Assembly (NCBI RefSeq): GCF_018977255.1
Contig: NW_024704742.1
Location: forward strand, 21,950,001 to 22,014,000
Source: Callorhinchus milii
Taxonomy: Eukaryota
Direction: 5' to 3'
Length of the DNA stretch: 64,000 nt
The notes beneath the pieces were generated by a model that worked only from the letters and a program-made list of their open reading frames with translations, was not told the DNA's origin and ran no database searches. Made by a program: the position numbers and the translations under genes. Of the stretch, positions 1-13,230 are shown one piece after another. The first letter of the stretch is position 1, and every line of letters starts with the position of its first letter.

Positions 1-1024
1 CAATGCGAAGGCATTGGGGGATAGAGTTCCAGAGCCTCGGGGCTGAGAGGCTGAAGGCCCGGCCACCGATGGTAGGGCGGTTGGGGCGGGGGATGTGGAG
101 CAGACCGGAGCCAGAGGAACGGAGGGTACGGGCAGGTAGGTAGGGGGATAGTAGATCAGAGAGGTAGGAGGGAGTGAGGCCGTGAATGGCCTTGTAGCTG
201 AGGATGAGGATCTTGAATTCGATCCTCTGGGGGATGGGGAGCCAGTGGAGGCGAGTGAGGGTGGGAGTGATGTGGTCGCGAAGCCTGGTGCGGGACAGTA
301 CACGAGCTGCAGAGTTCTGAATGACCTGCAGCTTGTGGAGGGAGGTGGCGGGAAGGCCGGCGAGGAGAGAGTTCCCATAGTCCAGCCTTGAGGTGATAAA
401 GGTGTGGACCAGGGTTTCAGCAGCGTGAGGGGTGAGGTAGTGCCGTAGTCTGGCGATATTCCGGAGGCGACGAAAGGCGGTGCCAGTTATTGCGCGGATA
501 TGAGGGAGAAAGGACAGCTCAGGGTCGAACAGAACCCCGAGGTTCCTGACTGGCTTTGAGAGGTGGAGAGTGCAGCCTTGGATGCTGATGTTGTCAGCGC
601 CAGAGGTGCGGAGGCGCTGACGTGAGCCAATCAGGAGGGCCTCGGTTTTTCGCACGTTGAGCTGAAGAAAGTTGTCTCTCGTCCAGGACTCGATGTCGGA
701 CAGGCAGCTGTCAGGACATCGGTGGTCGTGGAGTTGAGGGTAGAGGAGGAAAGGTAGAGTTGGGTGTCATCCGCATACATGTGGAAGTTAACCCCATGTC
801 TGCAGATGATGTCACCAAGGGGGAGCATATAGAGGGTGAAGAGGAGGGGACCGAGGACAGAGCCCTGAGGGACACCGCACGAGACAGTGCGGGTGTGGAG
901 GAAAAGCCGTTCATGGAAACAAAGTGAAGATGGTGGGAGAGGTACAACCTAAACCACTCAAGGACAGGGCCTTGAAGGTTGAGGTGGGAGGACAAGCGGT
1001 GGAGGAGGATAGCGTGGTCGACCG
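1..1024 (-). mobile_element. L2 LINE, 5'-truncated and frameshifted, continuing past the left edge
   Basis: RT motifs ([19 protein letters not shown]). Highly similar to the copy at 36221-37569. Confidence 0.92.
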
Positions 1025-1308
1025 GATAAAGCAATCCCAACTCAGAAATAGCACAATTAGATTGCAGAGAAAAACTCCCTGTAAGCTTTCCTAATAATGT
1101 GCCTTTGTTCCAACTGCAGACTAGCACTGTGAAACTTTTGATTCCCTATATTTTTGGTCCCAATTCTAAGGGCATTTTGCATGACTTGAGCCCAACCCTA
1201 CTAGGAGCTCAGGTGAGACTTCCCAACCTAATTTCTCATCTTAGCCAAGAGACAGACTATTGCCTCAGTCCAGGCTGGATCTGAACCCACGTTCCCACAG
1301 GTGAAAAG

Positions 1309-1553
1309 TTAATTGGAGATTTCAATGAGCTGAGCACTCTGCAGTGTTGTAAGTTCAGTTTTTCCTTGTCTTTGCCTGTACTGAGTATGCCAGGGCTGGG
1401 TCACCCACTCTGGGTGAATTTGATAATCATAGGCACGTGGTTTAAGATTTAGCTCCCATATTGGGTCAGAGCTGGACATACGGAGCCGAGGCCCATACAC
1501 AATCCGAGGGTCAGTGGAGAGAGTTTTTAGCAGTCGCTCCACTGCCACGATTT
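1309..1553 (-). CDS. C4orf51: C4orf51-like terminal exon 7, 245 nt
   Basis: Strong acceptor tcttttcttttacag. Encodes (E)IVAVERLLKTLSTDPRIVYGPRLRMSSSDPIWELNLKPRAYDYQIHPEWVTQPWHTQYRQ... then TAA. The seven exons total 957 nt, i.e. 318 aa. Confidence 0.72.
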
Positions 1554-2269
1554 CTGTAAAAGAAAAGATAAACCGTCACATACGTTTCTCAAACACTCCT
1601 TCATTTTGTGATCTTTAGAAATCATTTCATTAGAGGTATATTTCACAGCAGTCCTGTTTAGTTCAATTTGGATAAATTGGGTATTGGAGCCAGTTGGGTA
1701 AGAGCTGTCTGCCTTCTGGGCTTCACTCCCACCAACCAACTAACTAACCAAGTAACAATATAGCGCATCTATAGTCCTATAATGCTTCCAGTAATGCTAG
1801 AGCAATGGAAATGCCATTAGTAGGAAACAACAGGTCAAGTTAAATAACAAGGTTCATAGCTGTTTTACAGTTTAGCTTGATTATTTTGCAAAACGTTCCT
1901 TTAGGAAGTTAAATAAGATGGGGGGAATCCAGAATGGAGTGAATTGCACACACAGTCTGTGCAAGGACTGACCTTGGTAGGAGTTAAATGCTCTTTTCTC
2001 ATTTCATCTGTATATCTTTAAGTTGATTAACTTTTTTTTTGGAATGTTGTCTTGGTAAAAATATAGCAATGATTGCTTTGGGGGTGAATCGGCCAGACAG
2101 GCAGATAATGCAATTGTCTTTGAAAGGCTGCACCTCCAATTTGTATCTCATTTTGCTGCTATGACTGGAATGACAGAATGTCAGACTGACTCCTGCCAAT
2201 GTGCACGTTGGGAAATGTGCCAAATTGCCCTGTCATGGTCGGTGAGTCAGTGACTAGACGGCATCAATT

Positions 2270-2520
2270 TAAGATAGTTACCAAACAAGCAAATGGGGAG
2301 GTTAGGTGAAGTTTTTCCGCACAAAGATTAGATGGGATATGGAATGCCCTGCTGAGAGCGATGGTCGATGCAGAATTCGTGTTAGCTTTCAAAAGGGAGT
2401 TGGTTGAATATCTTTAAACCTACGGGGACAGATAAATAGGACTGAAAGGTTTGCTCTTAAAAGAACCAGCAAAGCCGAATGGCCTTTTTCTGTGCTGCAA
2501 ATTTCTATGGTTCTATGTTC
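2270..2520 (+). mobile_element. Old CR1 3' end
   Basis: Ends with gccgaatggcctttttctgtgctgcaaatttctatggttctatg, a typical CR1 tail. Confidence 0.7.
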
Positions 2521-3439
2521 AATTTGTTTTCCGTGTCTGGGACATTCACGGATTTTCTTGTGATGTGTGGGACTGGGACATAGATCAGGTTGTATTTTCT
2601 GGCTCTAAACATGGCCTTGGTCCATGGTCCTAAAATGCACTGCTGAGGAAATGAACCTGTGTCTGGGTCTCTGCCACAAACTTGCCACCATTTCTCGCCT
2701 ATTTTAATGGAAGCAAATGGAGAATATCAAGACCAAATTTTCTGAGGAATAAAGGGGAATCCGTTAAGCGGAAGATAATGCATTGAAACCTGTTAAACAG
2801 AATTTATCTTACAATGGGTGAAATACCTTAACCATTAAACACCAAATTCAACAGTCTGATAAGAGGTGTGCTTTTGATTCTATGGGAAGAATATTTTGAG
2901 TGGACGGGAAGTGTTCTGTTGAGGGCTGTTAAGCAGTTTGTGCCATGTGCGCAAGTGAATTATTCACAGGAATGACAAAACATCTAACTTACGGTCAATG
3001 GTGTAATATATAAATTTTTCCTTAGGTTAATTGGTTCACTTCGTAATTTGTTCCGAAACACGTCTCAGGCCATTAAGCACTAATTTAGAGCAGTAAATTA
3101 GTGTTTTTAATGTTGCTGCAGTGAATTATCACATTGCTGAGTTGTCAAATTAACACTAACACCATGAAATCAATTCCAATTATGGCAGGCACTGAGTTTA
3201 CTGTACAGCAACAATAATGGCTCATCCATTACTTTGCATTACTAATAAGACACAGGCCGGAGAGACAGCTAATATTTGCTCTTAAAGAAGCAGTTTCAAT
3301 TACAACATTTGAGAATATTTTTTTGGGGGGTTAAGCATTTCAAGCACAAATTTGGAATAAATATAACTTAGGAAAGAAGACTGTAATAAGACTGTCCTTA
3401 ACACAAGAGTAGCAATTAAAGTACCTGCCCAGTGTGAAC

Positions 3440-3622
3440 ATAAGAACCTAAGAACATAAGAATTAGGAGCAGGAGTAGGCCAGTCGGCCCCTCTAGTCTG
3501 CCTCGCCATTCAATAAGATCATGGCTGATCTATTCTAACTCCACCTACCCGCCTTATCCCCATATCCCTTAATCCCTTTATCCACAAGAAATCTATCAAT
3601 CTCAGTCTTGAATATGTTCAAG
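3440..3622 (-). mobile_element. CR1 3' end
   Basis: cataagaa repeats followed by aattaggagcaggagtaggcc. Reverse match to the 3' end of 12843-13230. Confidence 0.85.
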
Positions 3623-4771
3623 GAGAACATGCCCTGAAGCTGAGATGCTTAGACCAGGAAATGCTGAGTTAGTTGATTCCAGGAAGGTGGGAGTCGGAAT
3701 ACTACATGTGGCCTGAATGCCCTGACACTAAAGAGGAGGAGAAACATCAGTCTGGCTTTCCTTCCTTGATGACTATTCAGGGATCCTCTATATTCTGTGA
3801 CTCGCTTTGAGATGTCTCAATGACGTGATAAGGCGCTATGTCAACAACGACAAATTATATTTGCATAGTGCCTTTCACATTGGTAAATCAATATATATCA
3901 AAAGCTAGGATTATTATTATTATTACTCTTGTGTGTGTGTGTGGATGTCAAGTGAGGACAGGATTGAGCTCTGTTTTGATGCTCCTCATAGTTAAATAGC
4001 TGACTGATAATCATTATCAAGACTTGTCCTTGTGTACATAGATAATAGTTATTTGGATAAGATGGTGCACTCCAGTGTAGATCAGTGTAAATCAAAAGGG
4101 AGAGATAAATAAATAAAGTTACGACTCACAGCGAGAAAATAAAATGTTACCTATCTATCTGAATTTCTTTCAGCTGTCTGACGAAAAAGCTCCGGGATAG
4201 AATTGAATTTGGGGAGCATTGAATGGCACTGCACATATTTTGTTGAGGACAGGAAATGATTTCATGGCGTGAAAGTGAACAAGATTAATTCATTGCACTT
4301 GAAAGTTTTTTTTTGTACTAAAATAAAGCATTATTCACCCAGGTTTGTGCTAGTTATATTTTGTTGCCCTTTTCAAAGTTGTTCTTTCTTTTCCTCTGCA
4401 CCACATACCAAAGAGAGGACCATCGCTGTGGCAGTGGCCAATCCACTTTAACAGAAAGGTATTTTGTTTGGAACAAAAATCAATTCATAATGTATTTTTC
4501 TTGCAAAAAGTAATGTAGCCTGAGACACATCTGTCATTCAGACAGACTTGAACTGTTATCACTGGACAGGTTTTTGCTGACTCACCTTTTCTGATAATAA
4601 TTATCTGATATCTTGGTTACGATGTGCTTGCATTTTTCGGACTCAATATCCTTTTGCTTACATTGAAATGGAAGTTGTTACACATACATAAAATGTCTAC
4701 AGGCCAAGAAGAGAGTATAAAGTAATAAAGAGAGTTTTGTGTTAATGCTTTGTACCCTGTGATGGGTTTAC

Positions 4772-4844
4772 CTTCTTCTCCAGCTTTGATCAGCCAGTGG
4801 TTCACTGATGTCACATACTCAGGTTTCACACTTCTGGAAAGTGC
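4772..4844 (-). CDS. C4orf51: C4orf51-like exon 6, 73 nt (phase 0-1)
   Basis: Acceptor ctctttgctaacag, donor AAG|gtaaac. Encodes ALSRSVKPEYVTSVNHWLIKAGEE. Confidence 0.7.
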
Positions 4845-4995
4845 CTGTTAGCAAAGAGCAGACGTGGACTCAGTCTAGTTGTGAAAAGCACTTACAAAAG
4901 ACATCTTACTCACAACACCTCTCCCCCATTCCCTACTTCCCTTGTTGTGGGTAATTGTCATCTCTCCCATTCGCCTGCAAGACTGAAAACTCCTT

Positions 4996-5490
4996 ACATA
5001 AGAACCTAAAAATTTGCGAGGCAGAAGAAGATCAAGGTCCATCCGGTTCTCATTCCACCCTCCCGGCAGCCCCTTGACATGTCATGTCCCAAATTATATA
5101 TTTTATCCCGAGATGTTCTAACAGAAATCTATTTAATTTGTTCTCGAAGCAAACAACACTTTCTGTTTCCACCATCTCCCTAGTTCCACAAGTTTATTAC
5201 TCGCTCACTGAAGTAGCGTTTCTGTAGATTTGTTCTGGAGTTACCCCTTCAATCACAAGTCATGCCCTCTGATTCTACTGTTCAGTGGATGATAAGACAG
5301 CTTATCTTGCTCTACATTGTCTAGTTCCTTCAGAATCTTAAAGACTATAATCATGTCGCCACTCAACCTCCAGAATGAACATGCCCAGTTTATCTAATCG
5401 CTCCTCGTAGTCCAGTCCCTCCATCCCCTCAATCATTTTGGTTGTCCTCCTCTGTATCTTCTCAATCTCTGCAATATCCTTTTTTATATT
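4996..5490 (-). mobile_element. CR1 3' fragment
   Basis: cataagaa tail. Reverse strand carries RT C-terminal remnants (GLDYEERLDKLGMF; GDMIIVFKILK). Confidence 0.75.
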
Positions 5491-5712
5491 TGGTTATTGT
5501 GCAATGAATTCTCACTAGGGAGTTGTATCCTACTGTTCTGTGCTCCACTGCTCTGTAGAGCAATGCCCCTGAGTTGTATTGTATTATAAATCTATGCGCT
5601 AGCTGTTGCCCTCTTCAGTTGTTTGAGGTGTTGTAGCCGCAAGGGAACTCTGGGCACTTCACAGGAACGTGAAGCACCTTCACTGATGGCTTACCACTAG
5701 ATTACAAAGTTA

Positions 5713-6059
5713 TCCGTTCCTCTGGCTCCAGTATGCTCCACATCCCCCGCCCCAACCGCCCTACCATCGGTGGTCGGGCCTTCAGCCTCTCAGCCCCGAG
5801 GCTCTGGAACTCCATCCTCCAGTGCCTTCGACGCCTCCTCCCTTTCCTCCTTCAAGGCCGGTCTCAAGACCTTTCTCTTTGACCGTGCCTTCAGCTCCCC
5901 TCTCGACTCTCTACCCCCTCCTCGCTCCCTCCCTCCCTTCCCTCCCCTCACCCTGACCATTTCCCCCATGCTCGGGTCCCAACCCAACTGTCCAGCGCCT
6001 TGGGACGTCCTCCCGACGTGAAAGGCGCTCTATAAATGGAATCTTGTTGTGGTTGTTGT
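5713..6059 (+). mobile_element. L2 3' fragment
   Basis: Matches the 3' end of the 36221-37569 copy and has a TTG tail. Confidence 0.9.
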
Positions 6060-8941
6060 ATACAATAAGAGCCAAAAGAATTTACATGTAAAAACCATAG
6101 CAATTCCTAGCACACCACACCCAGTGAACACCGGTCTACACAGCGGTCTGTCTACGCGCACTGAAAATAACATGCTAGAGGAATTTTCACGACAAAATTT
6201 TCATACCTTTTGTGTCATTGCATCTTTTCTCATTTTCTTTCCTATTCCTCGTAGCCTTAATGATATACAGCAGTTTACACTCCAGCCTGGGCTCTGAGGG
6301 TTCTTGCTTTTTTTAAAAAAAAGTGTTTCTTTACACTTGAGGTTTGTATGCATATTCTCACATACACATTAGCACACCCTCCATTGCACTCTAGGGCAGA
6401 GATGGGGTGCATTTCAGTGTGACAATGCATGCGAACATTGAAGATCCTATAACACTGTTTGAATAGAGAAGGGAGTTTCTCGTAGGGTCCAGGTAACCAA
6501 TCCAGCAGATAAATGGACCATTCACCTCATGACTGTTTGAGGGACCTTCCTGTGCAAAATTGGCCTCCACCTTCACTTTGCTTGAGAGCGGTTACTTGTG
6601 AAGCACTTTCAGGCATCTGGACATTACAGGCTCAATATCAAACGATTGGCATTCCCAGTTGCAAATCACGGGTAAATGGTGCCAAGTGCCCACGGAGCCA
6701 GCATTTACACTGCCGCCAGCAACGATACTGCCTCAGAAGCCACAAGGTAAATAGTGTTTTTTTGTCACATTTATATTGCCACCAGCTATAGACCAAATCT
6801 TGCAGCAGCCATATGGTAGCATCTCAACATAAATGGAGCAAAAAGACGAAATTTCTGCACTAAGTAATAATAATCCTTGCATTTGTTATAGTGCCTTATT
6901 GAGACGTCTCAAAGCGCTTCACAGAATATACTGGGAAGTGAATTGACTATATATTGACAAGTACAGAAGCATGCTGAGGAGAAATAATATACAGCGATGT
7001 GGTTGACTGTAACTACGATTAAATCCAACGCCATTAGTTGTAGTTAATGCCGTCTGAATAAGAAGACAGCAGGCGATTGCACAAGCCACACTGGTTTGGG
7101 TAGGTCACCCTCCTAGTTTTAAAATAATAAAATGACGGCATCCGATTGATTTTTTTTTAATAAAGGAAAAGGCCTTGTGCTTTTAACAAAATGAGTTGCT
7201 GCCTCTTGACGACACTGAAAAATTTAGGTGACAGGATTAGTCACAAGACAGATGCCCCTGCGCACACACAGAGCCACCTCACAATGAAACGCATTATACT
7301 AAAGAGTGCATCTGCAGTCAGTGGCCAGGATTTTATTTCAGACTCTCAGACTATTGCAGCAGTCTCCTCTGATTTGGCTTGTAAAGTCCACAATGATTAC
7401 GTAATCCCGTGATGGGAAGTCTGAGCATTTTTCAGGACAGACACTACAAACTATTTCTTTGTCTGGTGGGTAACATATGGAATGGGTTACCTAGATGGGT
7501 GGTTGAGGCCAGGCCACTGGAGTTATTTAAGAAACACCTTGATGATGTAATGGTAACACTGTAGGATGGGTGTTCTGGAAAGACTGGGATGACTTCTGCA
7601 TCTGAACTTCTCTTGTGATCTACAAAACTCTTTATTAATGTCACTCCTGACCTCATGGCTTGATGGTACAATTGCTCCAGGTTAGTGATTAACATACAAG
7701 GATTCAGCACACCTGCCAAAATGTTCCCAAATTAGGAAATATTTTAATATTTGGTTACACAGTCAATCTACTTTACAGTGAAGTGCTTTGAGACATCTTG
7801 ATGATGTGATAAGGCGCTATTTCAAATGCAAGGATTGTTGTAACACTTACAGTGCTTACAGCTTGAAATCTTTACAGTGCTTAAAATTATTTAATACGAG
7901 GCATGTAAAAGGACAGCTTTATGTGCACTTGTGGATTGCTTCTAAACCTGTCAAAAGAATGCAGTCAACACCTTCACGTAACCTTCATGTAAGTAGGGCC
8001 ATTCAGATACTGAGCCCACTTTAAAGATAGAGTGTCCAGCTGACTGATATCTCCTTGTACTTGAGGAAAAATAATATTAAACGGTACCAGGAAAGAGCAG
8101 TGGAATAGGATTAGGGTGGCTTGCTCCAGTGGGGAGATCTAGCATCAGCACAGACACAATGGATAAAGTGGCTTCCTCTGTGCTGTAAACATTCTCGGAT
8201 TTTATGTGATAGAATTGTCATGACTTATCCCTATGGGCAAATTTACAATACAATGGTTGACTCCTGAGGCCTGAAATGTCTCATTCATTTCTCCTTAAAA
8301 CCATTGGCTTAAATTGTTACATTGATTTGAAAAGTTCTTAAAGTTGGTCTTAAATCGGAAGCTGGTTTTAAATTTTCTGGAAAATGAAAAGAACTGCATA
8401 AACGTGGCTGTCAAATTAAGATTGAAATTAAGAATTTTCAAAATTCTGCATAGTCTTAAACCTTAATCAGTTTAATACCATGAGGATTTTCAGAACTTAT
8501 AATAACAATAATCCTGCATTTGGTATAGTGCCTTATCGGGTTGTTAAAAAGTTCTCAAAGTGCTTCACAAAGATTTACAAGGAGTGTTATGATTGTGTAT
8601 TTTGTAAGCAAATGTGGTAGCCAATTTGCACACAGGAATGTCCCACAAACAGTCATGAAATGAATGACCAATTTTATTTGAGGGATTGTTGGCCACGGCA
8701 CCTCTTCTCTTTTTGAAAAGTTGCCATTGGATCTTTAACATCCACCTAAACAGGCAGATGTGGGTAAGGTACAGTTGTAATGTCTTTCACCTCACTGTCT
8801 GGGCTCACATGAACGATGGACACTTGGGTGAAAGATCTCAAAGTTACTGGTGTATCTGGAACCAGTCAGTGCACTTAAAGTAACCAGCATGAGCCATCCT
8901 GGTTATTACACATTACCTCAACTTACATTGCCAGAACTTAC

Positions 8942-9036
8942 TTGACTGATGTAGCTTTCTCTTGGTGTCTCTTTCCCCATCAGACTGCGAGGTGTCGCCA
9001 TTGCGCCCTCTATCATCCCTTTCACAGCCCGTCGAT
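8942..9036 (-). CDS. C4orf51: C4orf51-like exon 5, 95 nt (phase 1-0)
   Basis: Acceptor ttttttcggttgttcag, donor CAA|gtaagt. Encodes (D)RRAVKGMIEGAMATPRSLMGKETPRESYISQ. Confidence 0.72.
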
Positions 9037-9153
9037 CTGAACAACCGAAAAAATTCACACTGTCAAAATCCACGCCAAACATTCGATCAGGGAACATCAG
9101 ATTTAGAAACACACCGTACTGAGTAGCAATCGCTCAGCGTCACGAGCATTTAC

Positions 9154-9229
9154 CCTTTTCGCTGGCAAGTTTCATCCAGGCCTCGGCTGCTTGAGCTGTG
9201 GTTGAGTCACCAAACAAGCTCTGCAATGC
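9154..9229 (-). CDS. C4orf51: C4orf51-like exon 4, 76 nt (phase 0-1)
   Basis: Acceptor ccgttctgttacag, donor AAGG|gtaaat. Encodes ALQSLFGDSTTAQAAEAWMKLASEK. Confidence 0.7.
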
Positions 9230-9527
9230 CTGTAACAGAACGGTTACAGCAGGCAAGGGAGGATTAGTCCTTTCTGATGTGAGGCAAAAGACACAAATCA
9301 CTGGGCAGCAATGCAATAACATGTGGGGTAACAAACTCTGCTCCGGGCTACTGATGTAACTGGTAAGAAGTGTTGGTTATTTTAATGTTCAATACTATGT
9401 GGTTGGAATTCCACTTATCACTAATTTCACTGTGGGGATGTTTGCTTACATTTAAAGATTTCCATGAACCACATCAACAAAGTCCCAGCATTTACCAGAA
9501 AGCAGTGTATCACTTTCCTGTATCCTT

Positions 9528-9813
9528 ACAACAACAACTTGCACTTATATAGCGCCCTTCAAGCGGGGTAGTGTCTCGGAGTGCATAAAAGTGGCTGAGC
9601 TTGACGCTGAGCCGGGGGAAAGAGGGGTGTGGCCGTAAGCACGGTCGAAGAGGAAGATCTTCAGGTGTGATCTGAAGACGGACAAGAAGGTGCAAGGCGA
9701 AGGGATAGAGGCCGAGATTTCCTTAGTTTCGGGGGTCGTGCCTGAAAGCACAGCTGCTGATGGTGGACGAGGACAAGGGACGTGCAGGAGGCTGGAGCCA
9801 ACCGAACGGAGTA
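9528..9813 (-). mobile_element. Older L2 3' fragment
   Basis: CAA-repeat tail plus remnant of FRSHLKIFLFDRAY. Confidence 0.75.
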
Positions 9814-10568
9814 TCGCTAAGATTTTAGACCATAATGGCGCTTTTATTCCAATTTTGCATTTCCTGTTGAAAAATATCCAAACGATACGAACTTTTTGTT
9901 ACAACGTCCTCTTTTCAAATTGTGCTCTTCTGTTTCCCAAAGTCCCAGCTCGTCCATCCTGGACAAGGTGGGCAGCCTTCTTCCTGGTCACTAGATGGCA
10001 CGAGAGAGCAGTCTGTGAATAACTTGATTTGCTCAACAGCCTGCGATTGTCAGTCCCTACAGTAACACAACTAACACTGAGACGCCATCAGTGAGGCAAC
10101 CAACGATACCACGCTCCACAGCGTCCAGCGCAGTTTGAAGCTTAAAGATTAATCTCGTTAAATATAAAATTGGCTGTTTACTTCATGGCAATTTGCGGGA
10201 CATTGCTGTGCACAAACGGACACATTTGCCTACAAAATTACAGTACAGATATACTGTAAAGAATGTGTATTTTGTGGATGAAATGCGGAAGCCAGTTTGC
10301 GCACAACAACGTCTCACAAACAGCTATGGAGTGAGTGACCAATTTATTTATTTATTTGGGGGATTTGTTGACCAGGACACTGGGAGAAACTCCCTTCTCT
10401 TTTCGAATAGTGTCAATTGATCTTTAACATCCACTTGACAAGGCAGAGGGAACCTTAGTTTAAGTCTCACCTGAAAGTCTGTACGCTGCAGTGACTATGT
10501 ATTTTGTAGGCAAAAGTTTGAGCATCATTCCCCAATGTCAAATCAACAAATATTTCTATGTACAGTAC

Positions 10569-10666
10569 CGCTTTGGTTGTTCCAATCGTTCTATTCATTG
10601 TTGTCCAAGGACGGGCATCAGATTTATACCATCCATCCACATGGCAAAACATTTCTTCATGTTTAC
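10569..10666 (-). CDS. C4orf51: C4orf51-like exon 3, 98 nt (phase 1-0)
   Basis: Acceptor tgtttcttacttgacag, donor GCG|gtactg. Encodes (G)KHEEMFCHVDGWYKSDARPWTTMNRTIGTTKA. Supplies the phase link needed between exons 2 and 4. Confidence 0.6.
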
Positions 10667-10954
10667 CTGTCAAGTAAGAAACAGCCACAAGTAACATTTC
10701 TGTCCACTGCTAGTTGTGTTTCATCCGTCGAAAACTAATTATTCTTTTTATATCTGGCTAAAATAGTAGAAACCTTAGAAAATATAATGGTGGCTGTATT
10801 TTGTGTGTGTGCAGTATGTATGCCTACAAAACACACAGTCACTCCACTTTATACAATATTCTGTGAAACGCTTTGAAACATCCTCCTGTGTGTTATTATT
10901 ATTATATACATTTACTGACCTTTCAGTCCACTATCACACACACCTCTCACTTAC

Positions 10955-11034
10955 CTCTTCCAACTGAAGTTGTTGGAGGTTTTGGTGCATTATAGTATCC
11001 TGGGATGCTATGGAGATGGGTCACTAAAAATATT
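10955..11034 (-). CDS. C4orf51: C4orf51-like exon 2, 80 nt (phase 2-1)
   Basis: Strong acceptor tactttgtttcttcag and donor AG|gtaagt. Open in the required frame: (K)IFLVTHLHSIPGYYNAPKPPTTSVGR. Confidence 0.75.
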
Positions 11035-11841
11035 CTGAAGAAACAAAGTATAGAGATAACCGTTAACCCTCCATTGTTATTTACAGAAACTGCATAAATT
11101 AATTGCAAATGAACAAATACAGTACAATCTTGCCTGTATCAGAATAGGAAATAGAAACATCTCAGACATTTGAGGTTCACCTGAAACCATATCTCCTTCT
11201 TAATGGCCGTGTCATATCAGTGTACTATTGTGAGTATCACATCTGTTTTACTGTATGGGCAACGTTACAAACAATCCAATGTCACAGGTGACTGGTATTA
11301 CAGCACACGAGAAGGGTTTGGATAGCATCAGAACAGAAGCGAAGATAGAGAGCTCCTACTTCTCCCTTCACTCATTACAGCCCCTCCAATCTAACTTTCA
11401 TCCTGCCACAGCACCGAGACAACACTGAACAAAGATACAAATAATGCTCTTTTAGTCAGTGGCCAGGGATCTTTGTGCTTCTCGACTGCTGCCTTTGACA
11501 TTGTTGACCACTCAAACCTCTTTGATCACCTCTCTTCTCTCATCCAGCTTTGTGGAGTACTCTTTCTGGTTCCAGTTCTACCTGTCCCACTAAATGCACT
11601 TTATTTCCTCTAAACAGCTTCTCCTCCTTATTCCACATGATCACCTCAATGGCTGTTCGTGGGATATGGATGAAAATTACAAATTGGCTGCCATGTTTGC
11701 CTACAAAATAGATAGTTACCACACATTACAGTATATCTTGTGAAGCATTTTGAGAAGTCCTCCCAATGTTATATCAAATGTAAGGCTTAAGAATTATTAT
11801 TACCTCAGATATTTCAAACACTGGGTCTAAAATAATACTAC

Positions 11842-12144
11842 TAATAATAATAATCCTTGTATTTGATATAGCGATTTTCACATCTTCCAGACGTCTCAAA
11901 GCGCTTCACACAATATACTGTAAAGTGAATTGACTATATATTTGTGGCCGAAATGCGACAGTCAATCGTGCACTGCAGTGTCCCACAAACAGTCGTGGAT
12001 TGAAGTGACCGATTTATTGTTTTTTTTTCATTGATTATTATTATCAGTAAGGAGTAAGGAAAGTTACCGAAGGTTTCAACTTACCGGGAAACGAACCCAG
12101 GTCTCTCGCTTGCGAGGCGAGTGCTCTAACCACTGAGCTACAGA
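11842..12144 (-). mobile_element. Young tRNA-derived SINE (short form)
   Basis: TAGCTCAGTGGTTAGAGC A-box, GGTTCG B-box and (ATT)n tail. Confidence 0.88.
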
Positions 12145-12842
12145 ACTCAAGTATTTGTGGGCAAACATGGCAGGCATTTGCCACAGCAATAGTGTGCAGT
12201 GTTGCAATAGAAGGAAGGAAATACCCTTTAATATTTTGTATTTTAGACTCTGCTGTCCCTGCAACATTAACTTTGATTCCTCACTTGAACACTTCTCAGT
12301 AAGTAGAGAGATGGCCACGTCAATTAATCACCTGTTTGCCTCTTGCTCTGAAATTGAATTGAATGTTTCAGACAAAACAAAATCTCTGCGACCAAATAGA
12401 TGTTTTTCACAACAAACTCAATAGTTAAGCCTTCAGCTTTCCTTGCCACTCCTTTATCCTCTGGAAGAACAAATGCTATTACTCTCATGCAAATCCCATC
12501 CACGAAACAAAGTTTCGAAGTTTCCTGCTCCCCCACCCTCATAGCCTTGCATATCGCTAAGTTCCTGAATAATTCATTTTTTAGAAAAGATGTTTTACTT
12601 TAAACCAAGTACAATTCCGTTCTGACATAACTCGTGAGCTATCAGATTTAATTATATCTGCGAGGCAGTAGAAGGCTTGACTAGTCCTCAGACACATTCA
12701 GGGATATGCACCTGAAAGTCAGTATTGGCAAAACTATTACAAAGAGGTAAATGTACACCAGCATCTTTTATTTTACATGGCAGCAGTGCTAAATACAGTG
12801 AAGAAATCCTGAAAAATACAAATATTTTTCCTTAGATTAAAC

Positions 12843-13230
12843 ATATAAGATTCTTAAAGGGCTGGATAAAGTAGACACTGAGGGTCTGTTTCTCCTGGTA
12901 GGAGAATCTATAACCAGGGTCACAGTCTTAAAATTAAGGGTCAGCCTTTTAGAACAGAGTTGAGGAAACATTTCTTCACTCAGAGGGTAGTGAATTTATG
13001 GAATTCACTACCCCAGAAGGCTGTAGATGCTCAGTCCTTGAACATCTTCAAGGCTGAGACTGATAGATTTTTAAAAAACAGAGGGATTAGGAGATATGGG
13101 GATAGGGCAGGTAATTAGAGTTAGGTCTGAAGATCAGCCATGATCTTATCGAATGGCGGGACAGGCTCGAGGGGCCGAATGGCCTACTCCTGCTCCTAAT
13201 TCTTATGTTCTTATTATGTTCTTATGTTCT
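12843..13230 (+). mobile_element. CR1 3' end (fairly young)
   Basis: YKILKGLDKVD...TRVTVLKL...FFTQRVVNLWNSLPQKAV followed by a (ttcttatg)n tail. Confidence 0.9.

Noticed and set aside
4617..4697. Alternative terminal exon DILCMCNNFHFN...
   Set aside because: It is in phase but does not continue the helical repeat, whereas 1553-1309 has a strong acceptor and does. It cannot be fully excluded.
9830..10056. Alternative C4orf51-like exon starting at acceptor 10056
   Set aside because: The required frame hits TAA near 9900 with no good donor before it. 10666-10569 fits better.
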